Source: an uncultured Bacilli bacterium (lineage in GTDB: Bacteria; Bacillota_I; Bacilli_A; RF39; UBA660). Taken from it: 64,000 nt of DNA. The DNA is taken from the NCBI GenBank assembly GCA_934130405.1, contig CAKOXX010000003.1:13643-77642 (forward strand), written 5' to 3'. The number at the start of each line of letters is the position of its first letter. Position 1 is the stretch's first letter. The notes under the pieces are model-generated. The model saw only the letters and a list, made by a program, of their open reading frames with translations. It did not search any database and was not told the origin of the DNA. Made by a program: the position numbers and the translations under genes. This document shows, piece after piece, positions 9,300 to 19,024 of the stretch.

Positions 9300-9767
9300 C
9301 TATATTTTTTTAACATAAGCTCCATCTATTTTGCAATCATATGTTGTTATACTTTTATCTTTTAAAAACTCTCCTTCATAATTAATAAAAGGGTTAGGTA
9401 AATCATTAATGTCAGCCCATATTAATTCATCACACTTATCTTGTTCTACTATTGATGGGACACTTTGATATTTTGATATTTCAAAGTAATAATCAATGTA
9501 TGGTTCTAATTTTTTTCCATCAATTTCAAAATAATTTCTTCTTAATACTACATAACTATTAATTATATCTTTAGGATTAATTTCAATACCTAGTTCTTCT
9601 TTGGCTTCTCTAATTAGGGCTTCATACTGATTTTCACCAACATCAATATGACTAGCTGGAAGAGCATAATATCCAGGCCATAATTTTGTCCCTTTTCTTT
9701 TTTGGATTAATAGTTTATCATTATTCATTATTATCATATGGACAGCACTTTTAAACATTTCTTTCAT
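9300..9767 (-). CDS. NUDIX hydrolase
   Basis: Nudix box GENQYEALIREAKEELGI (Gx5Ex7REUxEExGU). The likely start is the ATG at 9767, whereas the ORF track begins at an upstream TTG at 9776. Confidence 0.85.
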   Translation of the reverse strand: MKEMFKSAVHMIIMNNDKLLIQKRKGTKLWPGYYALPASHIDVGENQYEALIREAKEELGIEINPKDIINSYVVLRRNYFEIDGKKLEPYIDYYFEISKYQSVPSIVEQDKCDELIWADINDLPNPFINYEGEFLKDKSITTYDCKIDGAYVKKI

Positions 9768-9882
9768 TTGAGACAAGCCTCTTTCTCACATTAATTAGTA
9801 CTTATTAAATTTAAAAGAACTACTCTCATTAATTCGAAAGTAGTAATATGTTATCTCGAAATAATCGAGTTTAATACTTATT

Positions 9883-10260
9883 TGGTGGAGATGAGGGGTA
9901 TCGAACCCCTGTCCAAAAATAGAGCTACATAAACTTCTACAAGTTTAGATTGTTTATTAAATTCAAATTATAGTAAAGAAACAATCAACCAAACTACAAT
10001 TCTAGTCTTATAATATTCAGCTATTTACTAAGACGATAAATAACTATATCTTACTAAAGTGAACCGTACAATCTTAACGTAAGAAATTAAGAAAGACAGC
10101 GTACAAGCCTATTCTTAGGCAAATGCTAAACTAGTGTTTCCACCAAAGTTTGCAAGTACATTTTTAATTTTGTTTCCAGTTATTCTGGTTTAATCTGTAA
10201 CGTAGATAATTCGACTTGCCATCTATGCTCTACTATTCCTGTCGAATCCAAGACATCCCC
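9883..10260 (-). ncRNA. ssrA: tmRNA (SsrA)
   Basis: 5' GGGGATGTCTTGGATTCGACAGG and 3' GGACAGGGGTTCGATACCCCTCATCTCCACCA form the tRNA-like domain. An internal tag frame reads ...GNKIKNVLANFGGNTSLAFA-TAA. It lies directly downstream of smpB. Confidence 0.9.
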
Positions 10261-10299
10261 AAGTAATATTATTGTACCATAATCTACTTTAAAAGTCTA

Positions 10300-10746
10300 T
10301 TACTGATACTTTATTTGTTTAGCTATATCCCTATTAATATCACGTTCTTTAATAGTTTCTCTCTTATCGTAATTTTTCTTACCACGACAAACACCAAGTT
10401 CTACTTTAGCTCTTCCTCTTACAAAATATATTTTTAATGGTATTAATGTATAACCTTCTTGTTCCACCTTCACAGCTAATTTCTTAATCTGTTTTTTATG
10501 AAGTAATAACTTTCTACTTCTTGTCTCTTCGTGATTAAATAAATTACCTTCTTCATATGGTGCAATATACATATTAACTAGAAAAACTTCATCATTTTTA
10601 ATTCTGGCATAACAGTCTTTTAGATTAGCACTACCTTTTCTAATTGATTTTATTTCTGTTCCTTTAAGAACAATTCCACACTCTAATGCTTCATCAATAA
10701 AGTAGTCATGTCTTGCTTTTCTATTTAGTATTTCCACATTTATCAC
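10300..10746 (-). CDS. smpB: SsrA-binding protein SmpB
   Basis: [15 protein letters not shown] and LLLHK motifs, 148 aa, adjacent to ssrA. Confidence 0.95.
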   Translation of the reverse strand: MINVEILNRKARHDYFIDEALECGIVLKGTEIKSIRKGSANLKDCYARIKNDEVFLVNMYIAPYEEGNLFNHEETRSRKLLLHKKQIKKLAVKVEQEGYTLIPLKIYFVRGRAKVELGVCRGKKNYDKRETIKERDINRDIAKQIKYQ

Positions 10747-10748
10747 CT

Positions 10749-11924
10749 CTATATATCTTTCATTTTTACCTTATCCGTCTTTGATAAAACAACATTTTTA
10801 TAAGTATTATAGTACTCTTTGTATCCTGGTAAAATATCATCATTTAATTCACTATATGGATAAACTAAGAAATTTCTTTTTCGTGGATAAGCAGCAGAAT
10901 AAGTATAAATGAGTTCTGCTTCTGGATTTTCAAGACTGATAGTAGTATTATCTTTTTCCACAGTTTTGTGAATATTTACATTTACCATTAATCCAGTCAA
11001 GCGTTCCACTCCTATCTGATCAGAAATAAAATTTCCCAGTGAGTATATTACCATTGTTTTTCCAATAAATTCAATTGGTTCTACCACATGAGGATGACTT
11101 CCTATGATAATATCAACACCAAGATTTGATAAATAGTTGGCTATTTCCACTTGGGAATCACTTATTCCTTTGGAATACTCAGTACCCCAGTGCATTGCTA
11201 CTATTATAACATCAACTTCATCTTTTACTCTTTCAATATCATTTTTAGCTAGTTCTTCACTATAAACATTATTTAAATATTCTTTACCAGTAGGTGTTTC
11301 TAAGCCATTTGTCCAAGTAGTATAGGAAAAGAAAGCATATTTAATTCCATTTATTTCTTTAATTACTTTTTTATCTCTATCTTCAAAAGAGGTATAACTC
11401 CCAGCTGTTAAAACATTTGGCTGCTTACTCCAGTAAGATAGGGAATTTAATACACCTTGTTCACCCTTATCCATTGTATGATTAGTAGCAAGGGAAACTA
11501 AGTTAAAACCAGAATCAATGAAGGCATCTCCAACTTCATAAGGAGAATTAAATCTTGGATAGTTTGATAGACCTAATTCTACTCCACCTAAAACTGTTTC
11601 TTGATTGTAATATTCTAAATCATACTTACTAGCAATTGGTTTTATTTTTTCTAGCATAGGTTTAAAATCATAACTACCATCAGTTGTTTTAGCATCCATA
11701 TAAATAGTACTATGGATAAGAGCATCTCCCACCATAAAAAGTGAAGCTGACATTTCTTTTTTTGTTTCTTTCTTTTCTTCTGTTGCTGTTCTAATCGGTT
11801 CTACCACTTTGCTTTTCTGATTATTTTTAAAATAAAGGAAAGCAGCAAGTAAAAAGATTAAAATAATCATTATTACTCCTAAAATTGCTATTGTTACTTT
11901 GCTCTTTTTTTGCCTACTTTCCAT
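10749..11924 (-). CDS. CapA/PGA_cap family metallophosphatase-like membrane-anchored protein
   Basis: N-terminal TM, then MVGD..IH, ATNHTMD, HWGTEY, GSHPHV and YSLGNF motifs of the CapA (poly-gamma-glutamate capsule synthesis) family. Confidence 0.8.
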   Translation of the reverse strand: MESRQKKSKVTIAILGVIMIILIFLLAAFLYFKNNQKSKVVEPIRTATEEKKETKKEMSASLFMVGDALIHSTIYMDAKTTDGSYDFKPMLEKIKPIASKYDLEYYNQETVLGGVELGLSNYPRFNSPYEVGDAFIDSGFNLVSLATNHTMDKGEQGVLNSLSYWSKQPNVLTAGSYTSFEDRDKKVIKEINGIKYAFFSYTTWTNGLETPTGKEYLNNVYSEELAKNDIERVKDEVDVIIVAMHWGTEYSKGISDSQVEIANYLSNLGVDIIIGSHPHVVEPIEFIGKTMVIYSLGNFISDQIGVERLTGLMVNVNIHKTVEKDNTTISLENPEAELIYTYSAAYPRKRNFLVYPYSELNDDILPGYKEYYNTYKNVVLSKTDKVKMKDI

Positions 11925-11934
11925 ATAAAATCAC

Positions 11935-14028
11935 CTAAATCTTTTTAACAATTTTAAAATCTATAGTTTTTGCTTGTTTATTAGCTGCTACTACTTTAAT
12001 TCTTACTTTTTCACCAATTGTATAACGTATATTTGTTCTTTCACCAGTTAAAGTCATTCTCTCTTCATCATAAACAAAATAATCATCTAATAATCTAAGG
12101 GGTACTAGTCCTTCTATTAAATTATCTAATTGAACAAACATACCAAAACTCATAACAGAAGAAATCATTCCATCATATTCTTCACCAATATGACTTTCCA
12201 TATATTCAGCCATCTTCATATCTTCCACTTCACGTTCACAATCAATAGAGGCACGTTCCATTGCAGAAGAATGATCTGCCACAAATATCAACTTTTCTTC
12301 CCAATGATGAAGAGTTTGAGGAGACATATCATGATTAAATAAGTAAGTTCTTAATAATCTATGAACAGTTGTATCTGGATATCTTCTAATTGGAGACGTA
12401 AAGTGGGTATAACAAGGACTAGCTAAACCATAATGTCCTAAATTCTGTGGTAAATAAATAGCTTTTTGCATACTTCTTAATAATAAGCTCGATAGAATAG
12501 GAAATTCTTTTTTATCTTTTAAACTATTCAAAATATGTTGAACAGTAGTTGGTTTATTATCTTTGATATTTCCAGTAATATGATAGCCAAGATTACTAAC
12601 AAAAGCCAAGAAACTTTGAATTCTTTCTTGTTTAGGATACTCATGTACACGATAGATAAATGGTAAATTCATATAGAAAATATGGCTTGCAACACATTCA
12701 TTAGCAGCAATCATAAAATCTTCTATTAAATTTTCGCCAAGACCTCTTTCTCTTAATACAACGTCAGTTGGTTTACAGTTTTCATCTACTAATATTTTAG
12801 GTTCATCAACATCAAAGTCAATATAACCACGTTTGGTCTTTGCTTTTCTTAAAATTTGTGCCAACTCTTCCATTGTTCTTAAATCATCAGCAAACTCTTC
12901 ATATCCTTCTGGAACAATATTTTTTTCTATTATGCTATTAACCTTTTTATAAGTCATTTGCTTCCTTGATTTAATAACGCTTTCAAAGATATCATAATCA
13001 ACTAATTTTCCTTGATTATCATACTCCATAACACAGCTTATTGCTAAACGGTCGACATTAGGATTTAAAGAACAAATACCATTTGATAACTCATGCGGTA
13101 ACATTGGAATTACTCTATCTACAAGATAAACTGATGTTCCCCTATCCATTGCTTCTTTATCAAGTGGACTTCCTTCTTTAACATAGTATGAAACATCTGC
13201 TATATGAACACCTAATAAATAATTACCATTTTCTTTTTTATCTATACTAACAGCATCATCAATATCTCTTGTATCATCACCATCAATAGTAAAAATTACT
13301 TTATCACGTAAATCTCTTCTTCCCTTCATATCAGCTTCTGATACTTCCATTGGTAAAGTTTTTACTTCTTCTACCACATCTTCTGGAAAACTACTATTTA
13401 TATGATATTTTTCCACAATAGATAAAATATCAACACCTGGATCATTTTTATGTCCAATAATTCTTAAAACTTTACCTTCTGCTTGATGATTACTAATTCT
13501 TTTAATTATTTCTACTACTACTTTATGTCCATCTACAGCATTTAAAGAATTTTCTTTACTTATTAATATTTCTAGATTAACTTTATCTTCATCTAATTTT
13601 ACTTTTCCAACATTTTTATAAAAGTTAATTTCTCCAACAAAAGTATTAGTTTCGTGCTTTAATACTCTAATTATTCTACCTTCTAGACGGCCTAAATCTT
13701 TTTTAGAAGTTAATTCTACAATTACATAATCACCATGAATAGCTCCATTCATATTATCAGCACTAATATAAACATCCTCAGTTAATGAATCAACATCTAC
13801 AAAACCAAAACCTTTTTTATTTGAGTGTAAATATCCTTTTAATAAGTGACTATCTTCGAATAACATATATTTATCTTTATTAGTATGATAAATACTTGTT
13901 TCTATTTCCATCTCATTTAAAATAGATAATAATTCTTCTAAGTTACTAGTACCCAGTTCTTCTTCTAATTCAAAGACTGTTAAACTTTTTCCTTTTTCTT
14001 TTAATATCTTTAGTATTCTTTCTTTCAT
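11935..14028 (-). CDS. rnr: ribonuclease R
   Basis: 697 aa with a cold-shock-like N-terminal region, an RNB catalytic core (IDGDDTRDIDDAVS) and a C-terminal S1 domain. Conserved position upstream of smpB. Confidence 0.95.
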   Translation of the reverse strand: MKERILKILKEKGKSLTVFELEEELGTSNLEELLSILNEMEIETSIYHTNKDKYMLFEDSHLLKGYLHSNKKGFGFVDVDSLTEDVYISADNMNGAIHGDYVIVELTSKKDLGRLEGRIIRVLKHETNTFVGEINFYKNVGKVKLDEDKVNLEILISKENSLNAVDGHKVVVEIIKRISNHQAEGKVLRIIGHKNDPGVDILSIVEKYHINSSFPEDVVEEVKTLPMEVSEADMKGRRDLRDKVIFTIDGDDTRDIDDAVSIDKKENGNYLLGVHIADVSYYVKEGSPLDKEAMDRGTSVYLVDRVIPMLPHELSNGICSLNPNVDRLAISCVMEYDNQGKLVDYDIFESVIKSRKQMTYKKVNSIIEKNIVPEGYEEFADDLRTMEELAQILRKAKTKRGYIDFDVDEPKILVDENCKPTDVVLRERGLGENLIEDFMIAANECVASHIFYMNLPFIYRVHEYPKQERIQSFLAFVSNLGYHITGNIKDNKPTTVQHILNSLKDKKEFPILSSLLLRSMQKAIYLPQNLGHYGLASPCYTHFTSPIRRYPDTTVHRLLRTYLFNHDMSPQTLHHWEEKLIFVADHSSAMERASIDCEREVEDMKMAEYMESHIGEEYDGMISSVMSFGMFVQLDNLIEGLVPLRLLDDYFVYDEERMTLTGERTNIRYTIGEKVRIKVVAANKQAKTIDFKIVKKI

Positions 14029-14078
14029 ATGTACCTCACTATAATCTTATTGTACCACATTAGTACTAAATTAAACTA

Positions 14079-16037
14079 TTATTTTTGAGTATCAACTTTC
14101 ATTTCAAATAGAATATTTCTTAATTCCATTGCACGTTCAAAGTCTAATTCTTTAGCAGCTTTCATCATTTCTGTTTCTATTCTTTCGATTTCGTTTAATC
14201 TTTCTTGTTTAGTTAATTTCTTAGTTTTTTTCTTGCTAGCTTTATCTACATTACTTACTACTTCTCTTATTTCTTTAACGATAGTTTTAGGAGTTATATT
14301 ATGTTCTTTATTATACTTATCTTGAATAGTTCTTCTTCTTGCTGTCTCATCAATGGCTTTTTGCATACTATCTGTTATTTTATCAGCATACATAATAACG
14401 TGACCATCTTTATTTCTAGCACAACGACCTATCGTTTGAATTAAGCTTCGCTCGCTTCGTAAAAATCCTTCTTTATCAGCATCCAAGATAGCTATTAATG
14501 ACACCTCTGGTATATCAATTCCTTCTCTTAAAAGGTTTATTCCAACAACTACATCATATTTACCAATTCTTAAGTCATGAATAATTTGTAAACGCTCTAA
14601 AGTTTTAATTTCCGTATGTAAATAAGCTACCTTAATATCAACATCTTTTAAATAATTAGTAAGTTCTTCTGCCATTCTAATTGTTAAAGTTGTAATTAAA
14701 ACTCTTTCATTTTTTTCTTTTCTAATTCTTATTTCTTCTATTAAGTTATCAATTTGTCCTTCAGAGCCTCTTACTTCGATAGTAGGGTCAAGTAAACCTG
14801 TTGGTCTAATAATTTGTTCAACATACTCACCATCTGTTTTTAGAAGTTCATAATCTCCTGGTGTTGCTGATACATAGATTGCTTGATTTATCTTCTTTTC
14901 AAACTCTTCATATTTTAATGGTCTATTATCTAAGGCACTCGGAAGCCTAAAACCATAATCGACAAGATTCATCTTTCTAGCCCTGTCACCATTATACATT
15001 CCTCTTACCTGTGGTAAAGTAACATGTGATTCATCTACAATTAGTAAATAATCATCATTAAAGAAGTCCATTAATGTGGTTGGAGTTTCTCCTCTTTCTC
15101 TACCAGCCATTGGGGCAGAATAGTTTTCTATTCCGTGACAGAAACCAGTCTCTTCTAACATTTCTAAATCATAATTTGTTCGTTGTTCTAATCTTTCTGC
15201 TGCTAATAATTTATTTTCCTTCTTTAGTTCCTCTAATCGTTCTTTTAACTCACTTTTTATTCTTTTAATAGCAGCTTTTAATTTTTCATCACTCACTACA
15301 AAGTGACTAGCAGGAAAAATACTTATTGTCTTTTTATTAGTAACAATTGCTCCTGTTAAAACGTCTATTTCACTTATTCTATCTATTTCACTACCAAAAA
15401 ACTCAATTCTATAACCAGTTTTATCTTGGTTAACTGGTATTATTTCCACTATGTCACCTCTTACTCTAAAAGTTCCACGATGAAAGTCAAAATCATTTCT
15501 TTCAAATTGCATTTCTACTAGTTTAGCAAGAACTTTATCTCTTTCAATTTCATCACCTATACTAAGAGTTAACATTTTATTTTGATATTCTTCTACTTCT
15601 CCAATACCGTATATACAAGATACTGATGCTACAACTATAGTATCTTTATAAGTTAAAAGTGAAGATGTAGCTTCGTGACGCAATTCATCTATTTCATCAT
15701 TTATGGATGAATCTTTTTCAATATAAGTATCAGTACTAGGAACATATGCTTCAGGTTGATAATAATCATAATAGCTAACAAAATAACAAACATGATTATT
15801 AGGAAATAATTCCTTCATCTCAGCATATAACTGACCTGCTAATGTCTTATTATGTGCAAGTATTAAAGTTTGTTTATTGGTTCTTTGAATAACATTTGCC
15901 ATAGTAAAAGTTTTACCTGTTCCTGTAGCACCTAGTAATACCTGTTCTTTTACTCCAGATTCTATTCCTTTAACTAATTTTTCTATCGCTTGTGGTTGAT
16001 CTCCACTTGGTTTAAATTTTGATACTAATTCAAACAT
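14079..16037 (-). CDS. uvrB: excinuclease ABC subunit B
   Basis: Full-length 652 aa with GATGTGKTF Walker A, DESH, helicase motifs and a C-terminal UVR domain (...[12 protein letters not shown]...). Confidence 0.97.
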   Translation of the reverse strand: MFELVSKFKPSGDQPQAIEKLVKGIESGVKEQVLLGATGTGKTFTMANVIQRTNKQTLILAHNKTLAGQLYAEMKELFPNNHVCYFVSYYDYYQPEAYVPSTDTYIEKDSSINDEIDELRHEATSSLLTYKDTIVVASVSCIYGIGEVEEYQNKMLTLSIGDEIERDKVLAKLVEMQFERNDFDFHRGTFRVRGDIVEIIPVNQDKTGYRIEFFGSEIDRISEIDVLTGAIVTNKKTISIFPASHFVVSDEKLKAAIKRIKSELKERLEELKKENKLLAAERLEQRTNYDLEMLEETGFCHGIENYSAPMAGRERGETPTTLMDFFNDDYLLIVDESHVTLPQVRGMYNGDRARKMNLVDYGFRLPSALDNRPLKYEEFEKKINQAIYVSATPGDYELLKTDGEYVEQIIRPTGLLDPTIEVRGSEGQIDNLIEEIRIRKEKNERVLITTLTIRMAEELTNYLKDVDIKVAYLHTEIKTLERLQIIHDLRIGKYDVVVGINLLREGIDIPEVSLIAILDADKEGFLRSERSLIQTIGRCARNKDGHVIMYADKITDSMQKAIDETARRRTIQDKYNKEHNITPKTIVKEIREVVSNVDKASKKKTKKLTKQERLNEIERIETEMMKAAKELDFERAMELRNILFEMKVDTQK

Positions 16038-16042
16038 ATCTT
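15877..16042. repeat. 166-bp direct repeat, copy 1 (uvrB codons 1-54 plus 5 nt upstream)
   Basis: Hand alignment with 17475-17640 gives 161/166 identical. All 5 differences are synonymous. Confidence 0.9.
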
Positions 16043-16252
16043 GTCCTCCTTATTATGACTCATATCAATCAGAAAATTCGTGTCCTAGAGCCGATTAAAT
16101 AGGTCAAAATTTTGGTGGATAGTGATGGTCTCACGTCTCGGCTACAAATTTATTAAATGTAAATGAATAATTAATTTTTTCAATAGATTATTTTAACATT
16201 ATTTTAATAATAAAACAATGAAGCTACTTTAATGCCTATCATTTTTGTCAAA

Positions 16253-17284
16253 TTATCTGAAGGACCTTTTTATATTACTTTCTGCTGTTTCTCTATCAAC
16301 ATTTCTATACTCATCATTTGTATATTTATCAAGTCTATTCATATCAAAATCAAATAAGAAATTATTAGATCTATATTGTTTAACAATTTGATTTTCTTGC
16401 CAATTTTGATACTTAGCATCTAAAATTCCTAGCAAAGAACTTACTACTATTTCTTTTTTCTTATGTGGAAAATTAACCCAAAGCATAGCATTTTCAACTC
16501 TAAATAAAGTATGTAAAATGTATAAGCTTTCAATTTGATTTTTATATTCCTCTGACAAACCTCTTAATTCCATTTGTTTTTCTACATTTTCCAAACATTT
16601 AATTATATCTAGAATATTAGGAATTTTGTTAATAAAATCTTTTATAGTTGTATTCATATTAACTCTATAATTATAAACAGGTTCATCCATATGAAATAAT
16701 TTTTCAGAACTTGCTACAATAACAGGTATAATTGCTAGATCTTCCCATTTTGTTTTTTCTGGAAATCTTAAATCACCTATTAAATCACGACTTATCAATT
16801 TATTTCCTATTCCAGGAGTTTCTGTTACTATATAATCTTTAATTTTTCTTACATCTACAACTTTGCTACCTTGTACATCACTCCAACTACATTTATCCTC
16901 TGCTCTAATTGGTCCTATTATAGTTTGATAATTTCCCCTAACTAATTTAACATTATGTTCTTTAGCAATGTTATACATTTTTTCTAAAATGTCTGTTTTT
17001 AGATAATCATCTGCATCAACAAATTTAATAAACTCTCCATTTGCATTTTCTATTCCAATATTTCTAGCAGACCCTGCCCCACCATTTTCTTTATCAAAAA
17101 TTTTTAACGTACCTTTATATTTTTGTGATAATTCATCTAATATATTTAAACTATCATCAGTTGAACCATCATTAATTACAAGTATTTCAATATCCTTCAT
17201 AGTTTGATTAGCTATACTTGAAATACATCGTTCTAAATACCTTTCTGCATTATAAACTGGAATAATAACACTAACTTTTCTCAT
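16253..17284 (-). CDS. family 2 glycosyltransferase
   Basis: VIIPVYNAERYL...INDGSTDDS...VDADD (GT-A fold, DxD) at the N-terminus; 343 aa. Confidence 0.85.
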   Translation of the reverse strand: MRKVSVIIPVYNAERYLERCISSIANQTMKDIEILVINDGSTDDSLNILDELSQKYKGTLKIFDKENGGAGSARNIGIENANGEFIKFVDADDYLKTDILEKMYNIAKEHNVKLVRGNYQTIIGPIRAEDKCSWSDVQGSKVVDVRKIKDYIVTETPGIGNKLISRDLIGDLRFPEKTKWEDLAIIPVIVASSEKLFHMDEPVYNYRVNMNTTIKDFINKIPNILDIIKCLENVEKQMELRGLSEEYKNQIESLYILHTLFRVENAMLWVNFPHKKKEIVVSSLLGILDAKYQNWQENQIVKQYRSNNFLFDFDMNRLDKYTNDEYRNVDRETAESNIKRSFR

Positions 17285-17443
17285 CTAATTTATCCTCCTA
17301 TTTTTATATTTTTACTCAAAATAACCACAATTTCAAATCAATTTTTTAAGACACGAATGGATACGAATTTTGGTCACAAATTTACATTTCGTTATATATT
17401 TTTATTTAGTCTTTTTATAGTATTTTTGAGGGATTGAATAAAC

Positions 17444-17635
17444 CTAAAAACTGTTGAAGTAAAAGTTTTTTAGGTTGGTTCTCTGGATAACGTTTGCCAT
17501 AGTAAAAGTTTTACCTGTTCCTGTAGCACCAAGTAATACCTGTTCTTTTACTCCAGATTCTATTCCTTTAACTAATTTTTCTATCGCTTGTGGCTGATCT
17601 CCACTTGGTTTAAATTTTGATACTAATTCAAACAT
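17444..17635 (-). pseudogene. truncated duplicate of the uvrB 5' end (54 codons, then 9 unrelated codons and a stop)
   Basis: Encodes [54 protein letters not shown], identical to UvrB residues 1-54. It then diverges (LKNFYFNSF-stop). Confidence 0.9.
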
Positions 17636-17640
17636 ATCTT
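17475..17640. repeat. 166-bp direct repeat, copy 2
   Basis: See copy 1 at 15877-16042. Confidence 0.9.
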
Positions 17641-17704
17641 TCCTCCTCATCTTTATTATAAACAGTTAATATATATTTTTCCCCATTTCTTATGAATTAT
17701 CTAT

Positions 17705-17733
17705 ATTATAATTATCAAATATACGTTCGTCAA
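17705..17733 (-). promoter_or_regulatory. sigmaA-type promoter with an overlapping LexA (Cheo-box-like) site, upstream of the truncated uvrB copy
   Basis: The minus strand reads TTGACG-17 nt-TATAAT. The motif CGAACGTATATTTG (17716-17729) overlaps the -35/spacer and matches the first half and spacing of the Bacillota LexA box CGAAC-N4-GTTCG. The second half is degenerate. Confidence 0.5.
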
Positions 17734-17767
17734 TAGTTTTTTTACAAAAAGAAAAGAGTAACTTCTT

Positions 17768-18505
17768 TTATAAAGTCTTACTCTTCTTTACATTTGACAT
17801 TCTTTCTTTTATCTCTTTCATCTTCGCTTCATTTGGTTCAAAATGTTGCCAATCACAAGACCATTCATCCCTCTGTAATGGCCATATTCCTCCACATTCA
17901 TAACCAACACTATCAAATACTTTACAAATAGAATCATTAAGAGTGATAATATGTTTATTCTCTTTGGCTTTTTCTTCTCTATCAATCAATAAACTCTTCT
18001 CATAATCAGTCAATAAACTATCATCAAATGTTCCATCACTATTTCTTGGTGTATATGGATTATCTAATGGATTAATATCAATAGCAAGTCCATAAGCATG
18101 ATTTGATAAAGTAGTTCTATTAGGTATCGTTCTATAACAAAAACTACTACTATTATTACTTGCAACGCTATTTCTATCAGTAGTTACACCATCTTTATCC
18201 CAAAAATCATCTATTAAACGCATAGAATTGATTTGATACTTTAATAAGAATAAATTAGAAAATACTTCTCGTACTTCATCAATTATTACTTTATTAACAA
18301 TCATCTCACCTACTACTACATCACCATCATAATTATAATGTAACATCTTAATATATGTTAAATCATCAAGAGATATGTCATCATTCGTTTGATAACTCTT
18401 TCCATTTATTCTTTGATAAACATCATCATTTTCCTTTATGTCTTTATTTTCAAAAATAAATTCTTTAGAATTAACTTTTTCTCCAATTTTTAAATTATCT
18501 AACAC
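17768..18505 (-). CDS. M15 family zinc metallopeptidase (VanX/VanY-like D-Ala-D-Ala peptidase fold)
   Basis: SNHAYGLAIDINP (SxHxxGxAxD) and DWQHFE motifs. No signal peptide. Confidence 0.75.
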   Translation of the reverse strand: MLDNLKIGEKVNSKEFIFENKDIKENDDVYQRINGKSYQTNDDISLDDLTYIKMLHYNYDGDVVVGEMIVNKVIIDEVREVFSNLFLLKYQINSMRLIDDFWDKDGVTTDRNSVASNNSSSFCYRTIPNRTTLSNHAYGLAIDINPLDNPYTPRNSDGTFDDSLLTDYEKSLLIDREEKAKENKHIITLNDSICKVFDSVGYECGGIWPLQRDEWSCDWQHFEPNEAKMKEIKERMSNVKKSKTL

Positions 18506-18529
18506 ATTTTTCCTCCTAAGTATTTTATG

Positions 18530-19021
18530 TTAATTATTAAGATTAATTGTAATTTTATCGACATCTTTGTTAAATTCTCGATAACTTACTCCACAAGTGT
18601 CAAACAATCTCCTAGAAGCAATACAACTGTCTGTATCTTTATATTTATTATCTAAATATATTACTTCTTTTATTCCTGATTGAACTATCGCTTTAGCACA
18701 CTCATTACAAGGAAATAATGAAGCATATAATTTAGATTCTTCTAAATCCCTTTTGTTTCCTCTAAAGTTTAATATAGCATTTAATTCAGCATGACAAACG
18801 TACATATATTTAGTATCTACTGGTTTACCTTCTCTTTCCCAAGGAAAATCTTCATCACCAAAACCATTTGGTGCTCCATTATAACCAATTGATAATATTC
18901 TATTGTCGCTACTTACAATACAAGCTCCTACTTGTGTTGAAGGATCTTTACTCCTTAATGATGATAGTTTAGCAATACTCATAAAATAAGTATCCCATGA
19001 TATATAATCTTTTCTTTTCAT
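18530..19021 (-). CDS. comEB: dCMP deaminase (ComEB-type)
   Basis: CHAELNAI and PCNECAKAI zinc-binding motifs of cytidine/deoxycytidylate deaminases; 163 aa. Confidence 0.9.
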   Translation of the reverse strand: MKRKDYISWDTYFMSIAKLSSLRSKDPSTQVGACIVSSDNRILSIGYNGAPNGFGDEDFPWEREGKPVDTKYMYVCHAELNAILNFRGNKRDLEESKLYASLFPCNECAKAIVQSGIKEVIYLDNKYKDTDSCIASRRLFDTCGVSYREFNKDVDKITINLNN

Positions 19022-19024
19022 TTA

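Noticed and set aside
7262-9882. Searched for a direct repeat of the tmRNA 3' end (an att-type duplication) that would delimit an ssrA-targeted island.
   Set aside because: Only a weak resemblance was found (AGATGAG...TCGAA at about 7290-7312 versus GGAGATGAGGGGTATCGAACC). This is too short and degenerate to call by eye, and no integrase is present. The island idea is kept only as context in the finding on 7337-9776.
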